In this document: piece by piece, positions 25,801 through 35,923 of the stretch
Position numbering within the stretch: the first letter of the stretch is position 1
How the letters are laid out: the number at the start of each line of letters is the position of its first letter
Assembly: GCF_963921235.1 (NCBI RefSeq)
Contig: NC_086108.1
Coordinates: forward strand, 73,534,001 to 73,598,000
Source of the DNA: Mobula hypostoma
Taxonomy: Eukaryota
Length of the DNA: 64,000 nt
Direction: 5' to 3'
Notes under the pieces: generated by a model
What the model was told of the DNA's origin: nothing
What the model saw: only the letters and a program-made list of their open reading frames with translations
Database searches by the model: none
Translations under genes and position numbers: made by a program

Positions 25801-25968
25801 TTTTAACATTTAATAATAAATTGGACAGATACATGGATGGGAGGTGTATGGAGGGATATGGTCCGTGCGCAGGTCAGTGGGACTAGGCAGAAAATGGTTC
25901 GGCACAGCCAAGAAGGGCCAAAAGGCCTGTTTCTGTGCTATAGTTTCTATGGTTTCTACGGTTTCTAT
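22851..25968 (+). mobile_element. Young CR1 LINE with ORF1 3' end and near-complete ORF2, inserted in the BEL integrase
   Basis: ORF1 SGNH-esterase end (WDLYKRDGLHLNYRGTNIL, stop 22955-57), ORF2, 3' UTR and (GGTTTCTAT)n tail; the BEL frame rejoins across 22850/25969. Confidence 0.97.
22999..25488 (+). CDS. CR1 ORF2 endonuclease-reverse transcriptase, 829 aa open, ending at a premature stop
   Basis: YFNARSI, ETWL, YYRPP, GDFN, SDH (APE) and YRPVSL, QHGF, GVPQGSVLGP, FADDTK (RT). TAG at 25486-88 replaces AGG seen in the sister copy; the C-terminus continues at 25498-25713. Confidence 0.9.
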   Translation: MAGVKINVESSSKSADRKVVSGGKNLLRCIYFNARSIAAKADDLMAWIDTWNYDVIAIIETWLREGQDWQLNIPGFRCFRCDRGRGMKGGGEALLVRENITAVLRQDRLEGLSTESLWVELRNRKGLVTLVGLYYRPPNSQRDLEEQICREIAGNCRKHKVVVIGDFNFPYINWDSQTVRGLDGLQFVKCVQESFLNQYIEGPTRGDAILDLLLGNELGQVTEVCVGEHFGSSDHNTINFNLIMDEDRSGPRVEALNWKKAKFEEMRKDLKCMDWDRLFSGKDVIGRWEAFKGEILRVQSLYVPIRIKGKLNRNKEPWFSRDIATLIKKKRELNKMYRKQGVNQVLEEYKKCKKILKKVIRRAKRRHEVAFAVKVKDNPKGFYRYIKSKRIVRDKIGPLEDQSGQLCAEPKEMGEILNRFFASVFTKETGMKSMELRESSSEIMETVQIEKEEVLAVLRKIKVDKSPGPDKVFPQTLKETSVEIAGALAEIFKMSLSTGEVPEDWRVAHVVPLFKKGSKSNPGNYRPVSLMSVVGKLLEGVLRDRIYKHLDRQGLIRESQHGFVRGRSCLTNLLEFFEEVTRKVDEGKAMDIVYMDFSKTFNKVPHGRLVRKIQPLGIHGEVVNWIRHWLNGRSQRVVVENCFSEWRPVTSGVPQGSVLGPLLFVIYINDLDDNVVNWISKFADDTKIGGVVDSEEGFQSLQRDLDQLEKWAEKWQMEFNTDKCAVLHVGRTNQGRTYRVNGKALRSAVGQRDLGIQIQNSLKVVSQVDRVIKRAFGTLAFINQSIEYKSWNVMMRLYKALVRPNLEYCVQFWSPNYRKDINKVERVQR

Positions 25969-26233
25969 ACGAGCTGTTCATATTGAAGTTATATCTTCTT
26001 TAGATGCTGATTCCTTTAATAATGCACTTTGATGCTTTAAAAAAATAGTAATAAATACTTTATTCATCCCAAGTGGGAAATTACTTCATTACAGCAGCAA
26101 CATTTCAAAACACACATAGCACTAATAATAAATAATAAAATATAATAACTAATAATAAAGTACAGAATAATAATATACACAATAATAATTTACCAATGTG
26201 CAATAATGTGCACTACTATCAATAATAATGTAC

Positions 26234-26904
26234 TGTGAGGGGATCCACTAGTGCCCTTATTAACTGCTTGAAGAGAGACAGAGAGAGACATTTATCATTG
26301 ATGGTTTGTTTGGAAAGGAGAGAGAGACCAAGATTGACGGTTAGACTGACATGGGAGTTAACTTTGGAGTTTTACTTCGGAGATAAAAACTGAGCAGCTC
26401 GAAGGTTGCTACGGTGACCAACAGGACATTATTGATGTTACTTCCAAGGACTTGTTGCCTGCTCACATTCCTTTACAGACAAAGGAAGGAGGGACTCTCT
26501 GAATGACAGGTGATGCTCAGCCTGGCGAAATAAGTAGGAGGTCAGATGATACAGACCTCGAACACATGATCTGGACACTGAATGAGCATTGTTGTGCCCG
26601 CAGAGAAAGTGGGTTTTGGAGGATCGATCCAACTTGCTATTCCAGTGAGGGAGAAGGGGTTGACTGGTGGGGAGTTGTCTATGTGTCCACCCTTGCCTGG
26701 GTGATAGCTCCACCACAGGAAAACCGGTCCCCCTGGTTAAAGTCACAGTCGGTGACTTGTGAAGGATTTCGGAGGACGACGAGAAGATCGATGGCAACAG
26801 CTCACCTGAAGACTCAACTCACTCTGTCTCTCTCTCTCTCCATCGCTATTCAACTACATACCACAAACTGAACTGAACTGAACTTTACTCAACATCGTAA
26901 GACA
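26234..26904 (+). mobile_element. Probable LTR fragment inside the Rex element
   Basis: Starts TGTGAGG after GTAC and ends GACA before GTAT (possible degenerate 4-bp TSD); non-coding, with (GA)n, (CT)n and (AACTG)n; part of the host Rex 3' end is missing here. Confidence 0.55.
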
Positions 26905-27546
26905 GTATCCAACAACCTGCTGCACACATTGAAGGATCTCAGCTTCCTTAGGAAATAGAGTCTGCTCGTCCCCTTCTTGAAAACGAAGATTTCTTGGTGT
27001 TGATTTTCCAGTCAATTCTGTTGTCGAGGTGAACACCCAAGTATTTGTACTCCTCCATCATTGCAGCTTCTTCTCCCAGAATGTATACAGGACGCGACAC
27101 AGTCCTCTTCCTCCAAAAATCAATCACCTCCCTGGTTTTGGCCACATTCAGGAGGAGGTGATTCCTCCCGCACTACTCCACAAACTTGTCCGCCAGTTCT
27201 CTATGCTCTGGCTTCTGCCCTTCTCGGATACTCCCATCCGCTGCAGAGTCATCAGAGAATTTCTGCAAGTGACAAGACTCTGACTTGTACCGGAAGTCTG
27301 AGGTGTAGAGTGTGAATAGAAATAGAGACAGGACAGTCTCTTGTGGTATTCTAGTGCTCACCACCATCTCAGACAGAGTTACCCAGCAATACAAACTGAG
27401 GTCTATCTATCAGGTAGTCAGTAATCCAGGAAATGGTGGATTAGCCTACATCCATTCTTTGGGGTTTCTTGCTCAGAGGAAATGGCTGGATTGTATTGAT
27501 GACACTAGAGAAATCAAAAAATGTGGCTCTCACAATGCCACCAGTA

Positions 27547-28756
27547 TCATAAGACCATAAGACCCTAAGACGTAAGAGCAAAATTAGTCTGCTCTGCCAT
27601 TGCATCATGGCTGAGCCTGGATCCCACTCAACCCCATACACCTCCCTTCTTGCCATATCCTTTGATGCCTTGACTGATCAGGAAACGATCAACTTCCACC
27701 TTAAATATATCCGCAGACTTGGCCTCCATTACATTCTGTGGCAGAGCCTTCCACAGACTCACTACTCTCTTGCTAAAAAAAAAAATTCCTCCTTACCTCT
27801 GTTCTAGAGGGTCACCCCTCAATTTTGAGGCTGTGCCCTGTATTTCTGGATACCCTCACCACATCCACCCTATCTAGTCCCTTCAATATTCAGTAGGTTT
27901 CCAAGAGATCCCCCCGTATTCTTCTAAATTCCAGTGAGTACAGGCCCAAAGCTGCCAAACACTCTTCATATGTTAAACCCTTTCATTCCTGGAATCATCC
28001 TCATGAACCTCCTCTGGACTCTCTCCAATTACAACACATTCTTTCTGAGATATGGGGCCCAAAACTATTGATAATATTCTAACTGCGGCCTGACTAGTGT
28101 CTTATAAAGCCTCAGCATTATCTCTTTGCTTTTATATTCTATTCCCCTTGAAATTAATGCCAACATTGCATTTGCCTTCTTTACCACAGATTCAACCTGT
28201 AAATTAACCTTCTGGGAGTCTTGCACAAGGACTCCTAAGTACCTCTGCACTTCTGATGTTTGAACCTTTTCCTCATTTAGACAATGGTCTGCACTATTGT
28301 GTCTTTTACAAAAATGCATTATCATACATTTCCCAACACTGTCTTCCATCTGCCACTTTTTTGCCCATTCTTCCAATTTGTCTAAGTCCTGCTGCGATTG
28401 CATTGCTTCCTCAGCACTACCTACCCCTCCACCTATCTTCATATCAGCTGCAAACTTTGCCACAAAGCCAGTAATTTCATTATCTAAACCACTGACAAAC
28501 AATGTGAAAAGCAGCGGTCCCAATACTGATCCCTGAGGAACACTGGCAGCCAACCAGAAAAGGCCCAGTTTATTCTCACTCACTGCCTTCTGCCTATTAG
28601 CTAATCCTCTATCCATGCCAGTATCTTTCTTGTAACGCCATAGGATTTTATCTTGTAAGCAGCCTCATGTGTGGCTCCTTATCAAATACCTTCTGAAAAT
28701 CCAAGTAAATGACATCCACTCCCTCTCCTGTGTCCACCCTGTTTGTACTTCCTCAA
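27547..28756 (-). mobile_element. CR1 LINE 3' portion nested in the Rex RT
   Basis: SVPQGSVLGPLLF..KFAADMKIGG..LYKTLVRPQLEY; (CATAAGAC)n tail at 27548-27575. Confidence 0.92.
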
Positions 28757-31019
28757 GGTGAGAGAGAGCTCTCTGCAACAGGTAGATGATGGCATCATTC
28801 ACATCCACATGAGGTCGGGAGGCAAACTGTAGAGGGTTTCATGAAGATCTCACCTGCGCTCCAAGATAAGTCAGGACCAGCCTCTCCAGCACCTTCATTA
28901 CATGAAATGTGAGAGCGATTGGTCTGTAGTCATTAAGCTTAGATGGAGTCACCTTCTTGGTTACAGGAGCCAAGCAGGAAGTCTTCCATGGCACTGGTAT
29001 CTTTTCCTAACTCTGACTCAGATTGTAAAGGTGCTGCAAAATACCAGATTGCTGGCTCACACAGGCCTTCAGTACTCCAGGGCTGATACCATCTGGTCCA
29101 GCAGCCTTGCTGTCTCTGACCTGTAGTCAGATTTAGGCTGGGGAGGGTGGTCATCCCCACAGAGACAGGATACTCCACCGCTGGGGGGGGCGGTTTGGAA
29201 CACAAACACCAGAAGGGAGGGAGGGTGGAGGAAGAAGGCTTCGAGGGTGTGTGGTCTGGGCAAGTGGGGGAGGGGACAGCAGGAGGTGGCACACTGAACT
29301 TGTTGAAAAACAAGTTCAATTTGTTAACTCTATCTTCATTTCCTTAACCTTGAAACCAGTGATCTGCTTCATGCTTGACCACATGTCCCTTGTGCTATTC
29401 TGCTGGAACCCGTATTCCAGCCTCCTCTTGTAGGATTCTTTGCACCCCTTCAGTTTACCCTCAGGTCTCTCTGTACTCGCTTCAGTACTTGTCTATCCCC
29501 AGACCTGAAGGCTTTCTTCTTTATATATTCAATAGTTCTTTCAGGCCGCTGGTGATCCAGGGCTTGTTGTTGGGGAAGCAGTTTACAGTCCAGGCTGGCA
29601 AGATGGTGTTCTCACAGAATTTGATACAGTTTGTCACACAATCACAATAGCAAGGTGAGGACAGGCTTGTGAACTACGTTCTGATAATATGACAAACTTT
29701 GTTGGAGCTGAGCAGCATGAGTTGAGAGAAGCCATTGAGGAATTGGAATCATTCACACATCAGTGATGTCCTTCTTCAGAAAGGAATTAAATGGATTTTT
29801 AGCCTCGCATCTGGTTCACATCATTCAGGAACATGAGAGAGATTGATCAGGTATGTGCAAAAGGTCCTCAATTCTACCATGAAAATACAGAATCATGACG
29901 AAAAGGGTTTCCCTGCAGACCTTTGTGAAGTTGAGGTAATTATCAATGGTTGCCCATTGATAACTAAAACATCCTCCAATCCCAATGGCTTGGAAGCATT
30001 AACACCCAAACATCCGTTGCTTCTGAAGATCTCACCATCCTTACGACCAGGAGAGATCCAAAAGAAAGACATTTATGCTTGTCATAGACGGAAGTAGGTT
30101 CAATACATGTCAAGTTTGTTTTGAAAATGGTGGGTCAAGAAATATTTAGCACAGCTACAAGAAAATCAGAAATGGTCAGGTATAAAATTCAACTTTCTCC
30201 CCAGGAAACATTGTGCTTATAGTTGACGACACAGCCCCTGGAACCTTTTGAATCATGGGAAGAGGATTTGTGCGGCAAGTGCACACCAAGACTAAGACCA
30301 GCTGTCTGGACAGGCCTACAGCCAACATCTGTCTTCTACAGGAGGCAGAAGTTAGAGGAGCTACAGATCAAGAAGCTTCATGACTTTGATTTGACTTACT
30401 GACTTGACAGAGAGTGCTGGTAAAGACCACTCTGTACTGTGCTAAGTGCTAGTAATCTCTGGCCTCGATGACTGTTGCATGACTTGACTGGAAGAAGAAA
30501 GAAGTAAGAGGACATTTGTATGAACATCAAGATTTTGTGTCTCCTATTTTGGTAGTATGTAGTTGTAATCATTATAATGCAACAACTAGAGGCTGGGAAA
30601 TAGGAGCCATATTTTTCTATCTGCCCGTATTATATTTTGTGTTGCTCGTCTGCTATGGGTAATTTGTCACATGGTTGAGACATGGTAGAAACCAAGAGTA
30701 TAGTTACGTATTCACACTTTTTCTTAGTTCAGTTTAGTCTAGATAGAAGCAAAGAGGCAGCTGGAGTGATACTTACTTGTTGACTGCTGAAGAAATCTTC
30801 AATACGCTAAGCTCACTAATATTAGCATTTAGGCCACTCATTGCATTATATCACTAGCTTTAGTCCATTCACTTTTTTCATTACAAGATTGTTCATCTTT
30901 GTTGGTTTCTTAATGAAGGATCGAACATACTCTTTGGAACTTTGTTCTTTTGGATAGCGCATCATACAGTGTCATCCCTTGTGCTCAGTCTCTGAGCGGT
31001 TTTGGTTTGTTTTCAAGTA

Positions 31020-31395
31020 ACCACTATACCCAATAACTCAGGTCCTCAATCCTGACAACATACTTGTAAATTTTCCCTGCACTCTTTCAACATTATTGAA
31101 ATCTTTCCTGTAGGTAGGTGACCAGAACTGCACACTATGTTATATTTTTCCTATGTTATATTTATTGTTTTATTTATTGAGATAAATAGGCCCGTCTGGC
31201 CCTTCAAATCGCACCACCCAGCAATCCCCTGATTTAATCCCTAACCTTACCACTGGACAATTTACAATGACCAATTAAACGACCAACTGGTGCATCTTTG
31301 GACTGTGGGAGGATACCGGAGCTTTGAACGAAAATGCTCAGTCAAGAGAAGAATGTACAAAGTCCTTACAGACAGCAGTGGGAATTGAAATGCTT
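31020..31395 (-). mobile_element. Short CR1 fragment followed by a V-SINE
   Basis: Antisense VQFWSPTYRKD at 31040-31135; antisense V-SINE body (GGACAATTTACAATGACCAATTAA..CTTTGGACTGTGGGAGGA) at 31185-31395. Confidence 0.7.
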
Positions 31396-32287
31396 CATTA
31401 GAATTACTGTTTACCAAAATAAGCATATAATTTTAAATGTTACAAATCATTTGTTATCCATCTGTCCCCTGGTCGAAAAGCTATGGTAGAAATTTGGGTG
31501 AATTCTCTGCCTGCTAATTATAATCATCAGTGAATTTGTCATGCTCATATTTGGCCTCGGTATTCAGGTCATTAATGTAAATTGAAAACAACAGGGATCC
31601 ACACATTAACCACTCCACTCAGCACTTCCCCTTGTCTGGCATTACACATTGCCCTCACACTCTTCCTGAATGTTTTTACACGAGTCCATTATCTACGCTA
31701 TTATCCCAAACAGGAAATCACTAATTTTTCCAAGTATTTTGTGTAGAATTGTAAAGCTCAGTCACTTTCTGCTACTTTTTTTTTTGAAGTTATTGCAAAT
31801 TATGGGATGCATGCCAACTACCACTGCAAATACAAAAACTGTGGTTTCGAGATTGTTCATTATTAAGGTGAAAGTGCTCGACAAACCCTTAATGCTTCAC
31901 AAGAAACAGGACTAGCTCTCAGATGGTGCTGCTCACAGTTCAAATCAATGTGCTAATACCAGCAAGCAAATGAAAAGCAAGGTTTTCTTAACATTTTTAC
32001 TAAAATAGCAGCAATCTCTCTTTTTTCTACGTCCCAGAGCACTTCAAGGAAAATGTTATTGGGAAAAAATTAACACCGAGCAAAGACACAATTTACTGGA
32101 GAAATTCTAGGTCGAGCAGCATCTGGTGGGGGAGGGGGGGATGATCCATTGAATTCTTGCATCGGTGCTGTTTAAAGGTTTTGACTGAAATATTAACAAT
32201 TCCTCTTCCACACCCGCACTTCCCCCCCAACTACCCCTACACGCTGCTCAACCTACTGAATTTCTACAGCAGGTGGTGTATTGTTGC

Positions 32288-34380
32288 AGTTCAAAGTACA
32301 TTTATTATCAAAGTATGTATACATGATACAACCTTGAGGATTCTCTCCTTACAGCCACAAAACAAAGAACACATTTAACAAAAAGCAGACTGTCAAACAC
32401 CCTATGTGCAGAGGAAAAAAAAATCATGCAAACAATAAAAGCAAGAAAATAGCGTTCAGAGCTGAAGTCTGCAAAAGAGAGTCTGCCCGCAGTCTGCCCA
32501 GCGCAGAGCCAAGTAAGCGTCATGGAACAGCGAGCTGAACCCACTCGTCCCTCACCTCGGGTCCTGCCGCACTAACATTTCCTACCTGGCCCTGTGCCAG
32601 ATAGAAAATCATTGTCTCAACATTGGGTTCAGAAGCTTTGACGTGCCATGTCGCCTGGACATCGCTGCCTTGATTCACCCTGTACCTGACCCTTCCAGTC
32701 TGGCCCAATACTTAAAGTGTCATCCAAAAACTGGGTTCTATTGCTTTGCTACGCTCTGAGGCCTGGTCCCCACTGCCTCGATTCAGCCTGTACCCAACCT
32801 TTCTAATTCAGACTGTCGCTTAAGTCAATCGAATCCCGGGACTTCCCTCACACTCAGCGATGGGCCCACTAACATGAGAAAATCTGCAGATGCTGGAAAT
32901 TCAAGCAACACACACAAAATGCTGGTGGAACGCAGCAGGTCAGGCAGCATCCATAGCAAGAAGTACAGTCGACGCTTCGGGTCCAGAACCTTCATCAGGA
33001 CTAACTGAAAGAAGAGATAGTAAGAGATTTGAAACAGGGAGGGGGAGATCCGAAATGATAGGAGAAGACAGGAGGGGGAGGGATGAAGCTAAGAGCTGGA
33101 AAGTTGATTGGCAAAAGGGATACAGAGTTGGAGAAGGGGGAGGATCATGGGACTGGAGGCCTAGGGAGAAAAAAAGGGTGAGGGGAGCCCAGAGGAAGAT
33201 GAAGAGCAGGTAAGGAGTGATTGTGAGAGGGACAGAGAGAGAAAAAAGAAAGTGGGGGAAAGTAAAAATAAATAAGGGATTAGGTAAGAAGGGGAGGAGG
33301 GGCATTAACAGAAGTTAGAGAAATCAATGTTCGTGCCATCAGGTTGGAGGCTACCCAGACGGAATATAAGGTGTTGTTCTTCCAACCTGAGTGTGGCTTC
33401 ATCTTGACCGTAGAGGAGGCCGTGGATAGACATATCAGAATGGGAATGGGACGTGGAATTAAAATATGTGGCCACTGGGAGATCCTGCTTTCTCTGGCGG
33501 ACAGAGCGTAGGTGTTCAGCGAAATGGTCTCCCAGTCTGCGTCGGGTCTCGCCAATATATAGAAGGCCACACCGGGAGCACAAGACGCAGTATATCACAC
33601 CAGCCGACTCGCAGGTGAAGTGTCGCCTCACCTGGAAGGACTGTCTAGGGCCCTGAATGGTGGTGAGGGAGGAAGTGTAAGGGCAGGTGTAGTACTTGTT
33701 CTGCTTACAAGGACAAGTGCCGGAAGGGAGATCAATAGGAAGGGATGGGGGGGACGAATGGGCAAGTGAGTCACATAGGGAGCGATCCCTACGGAAAGCA
33801 GGGGGGGGGGAGGGAAAGATGTGCTTGGTGGTGGGATCCCGTTGGAGGTGGCGGAAGTTACTGTGAATTATATGTTGGACCCGGAGGCTGGTGGGGTGGT
33901 AGGTGAGGACAAGGGGAACCCTATCCCTAGAGGGGTGGCGGGAGGATGGGTTGAGAGCAGATGCGCGTGAAATGAGAGAGATGCGTTTGAGAGCAGAGTT
34001 GATGGTGGAAGAAGGGAAGCCCCTTTCTTTAAAAAAGGAGGATATCTCCTTCGACCTGGAATGAAAAGCCTCATCCTGAGAGCAGATGCGGCGGAGATGG
34101 AGGAATTGCGAGAAGGGGATGGCATTTTTGCAAGAGACAGGATGGGAAGAGGAATAGTCCAAGTAGCTGTGAGAGTCTGTAAGCTTATAGTAGATATCAG
34201 TAGATAAGCTGTCTCCAGAGGTAGAGACAGGAAGATCAAGAAAGGGCCCACTGCCTGGTTCTGTTGCATCGAATTGCCTCCAAGTCAAAGGGGATGTTAC
34301 AGCTTATTGTTTGTGGTGATCATTTATCAAAAAAAGTGTGATTTAAAAGGTATACAGTTGTTTTCTTTGTTTCATCGGCC
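32288..34380 (-). mobile_element. Non-coding Rex-tailed retroelement hosting a Penelope insertion
   Basis: Starts with antisense Rex-type tail GTTCAAAGTACATTTATTATCAAAG; body continues after 34252. Confidence 0.55.
32871..34243 (-). mobile_element. Penelope-like element 3' portion (subfamily A)
   Basis: PFLD..TDIYYK.TDSHSYL (RT thumb), linker with cysteines, GIY-YIG, pseudo-LTR with a mutated hammerhead (32966-33003, GAAA to GAAG); 9-bp TSD GGGCCCACT at 32862-70 and 34244-52. Confidence 0.94.
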
Positions 34381-34609
34381 ACCAGAAAGTAGTCACTTTG
34401 TTTCACCAGCACCATCTTAAACCACAAAATTCCAGCATCTGCAGTCTCTTACATCTCCAAAGGATGTAACTGAGATGTTAAACACATATTCCCATGAGGA
34501 TCTTCCATTAATGGGGAATCCTGTAAGGACTGGTTACTTTATGGACACCACAAACAATAGTGACCTAGAATTCACGTGCAGCAGTAAGAAGCTTGTGCAC
34601 AAGATCCAT

Positions 34610-34945
34610 CAGGTCAGGTCAAGGCAGGTTTATTGCCTTGCCCACAAATACAGGAAGGTACAGGCAAAATGAAAAACTTGCGTGCAGCAGCAGCACAGGA
34701 GCATAGATACAGACAAAACACAGAATATAAATTATCTACAAGACCATGAAGAGAGAGAGAGAAAAAAAACAACTGTGCAAATAAACAGCATACAGCAAAA
34801 AAATGATCCATGGTAGTGCAAGAGTGGTCCGTACATTCTACTGCTGATGTAGGGTTTGGATTTTGCAAGTCAGTTCAACAGCCTGATGGTTGTAAGGAAG
34901 TTGCTGTTCCTGAACCTGGTACTGCAGGACTCCAAGCTTCTGTAT
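34610..34945 (-). mobile_element. Rex-like LINE 3' end
   Basis: Antisense tail CAGGTCAGGTCAAGGCAGGTTTATTG and a degenerate C-terminus at 34870-34945. Confidence 0.6.
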
Positions 34946-35322
34946 TAGTACAAGCCCCATACTCAAAGTTCTTTCAAAAGTATTTGACTGCTGGCTAAGC
35001 CACAGGACCAGTTTGCCCCATGGCCAAAACTGCCCAAACATGTGAAGCCATTAATTCTTTTAGACAACTGTAAAATAAAAATGTTGCTGTACAGTTGAAA
35101 ATCAGGTTAGTCAGAGGGACTGCAATTTTATGCATCTTTCTTGTGCCAGTGGTGGGCAAACAAATGCAGAAGGTTCTTAGGGACAGCATTTATGAGCATT
35201 TGGAGAAGTATAGTCTTATTAGGGACAGTCAGCGTGGAATTGTGAAGGGCGGGTCTTGCCTCATGAGCCTGACTGAGTTTTTCAAGGAGATGGCTTATTG
35301 TAAATTAGAAGCGGCTATAGTA

Positions 35323-35628
35323 ATAGGCATCCGTTAGTCTCATGAGACCGTGGATTTGCACCTTGGAAGGTTTCCAGGGCGCAGGCCTGGGCAAGGTTGT
35401 ATGGAAAACCAGCAGTTGCCCATGCTGCAAGTCTCCTCTCTCCACACCACCGATGTTGTCCAAGGGAAGGGCACTAGGGCCGATACAGCTTGGCACCAGT
35501 GACATCGCAGAGCAATGTGTGGTTAAGTGCCTTGCTCAAGGACACAACACGCTGCCTCTGCTGAGGCTCGAACTAGCGACCTTCAGATCACTAGACCAAT
35601 TCCTTAACTACTTGGCCACGTGCCAACA
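35323..35628 (-). mobile_element. tRNA-derived SINE with probable RTE-type tail
   Basis: Minus strand A-box TGGCCAAGTAG, B-box GTTCGAGCC, then GTGTCCTTGAGCAAGGCACTTAACC; ends GGTCTCATGAGACTAACGGATGCCTATT; degenerate 13-bp TSD (11 of 13 match) at 35310-22 and 35633-45. Confidence 0.85.
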
Positions 35629-35923
35629 TTATAGTGGCTATAATATATATGGATTTTAGTAAGACACCTGGCAAGGTTCCCTGTGGTAGGCTCAACCAAG
35701 AAATCATGAGGATTTACTAGGATTCTGCCTAGAGCAGAGAATATGTCTGATTCAGAAAGTTTCCGCAAATTGGGGGTTTTCTTTTTGGAGCATAGGAGGA
35801 TGAGCGGTAACTTGATAAAACTGTATAAGATTATGAGAGGCATAGATAGAGTGGACAGCCAGCACGTTTTTCCATGCATCAATAACTAATAGTAGAAGTT
35901 ATCCATTTAAGATAAATGGAGAT

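Larger units (their letters stand above)
26039..29646 (-). mobile_element. Rex1/Babar LINE nested in the BEL integrase
   Basis: YKYLGVHLDN, RLYFLRKLRSFNV, LFTLYTSDF..QKFSDDSA, FFDFSSVINTIQP, NLFFNKF; AT-rich tail at 26040-26230; BEL frame rejoins (NAL*CF then IAR*GQ). Confidence 0.9.
20930..31020 (+). mobile_element. Decayed BEL/Pao LTR retrotransposon with nested inserts
   Basis: RT (VYVNDCLVSV), Pao RNase H region (QLHHFTDASEDGYGAVTYL..SIPHIEL), integrase (KHPVIL, CVVC, QQMSDLPLDRV, VDYFGP; RAVHIEV at 25970; RSDNMTNFVGA near 29680; EVEVIINGCPL). Purine-rich tract at about 30587-30600 followed by a probable 3' LTR. No 5' LTR seen. Confidence 0.9.

Noticed and set aside
35560..35628. tRNA gene
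   Set aside because: It is the head of a SINE, followed by SINE body and tail and flanked by a TSD.
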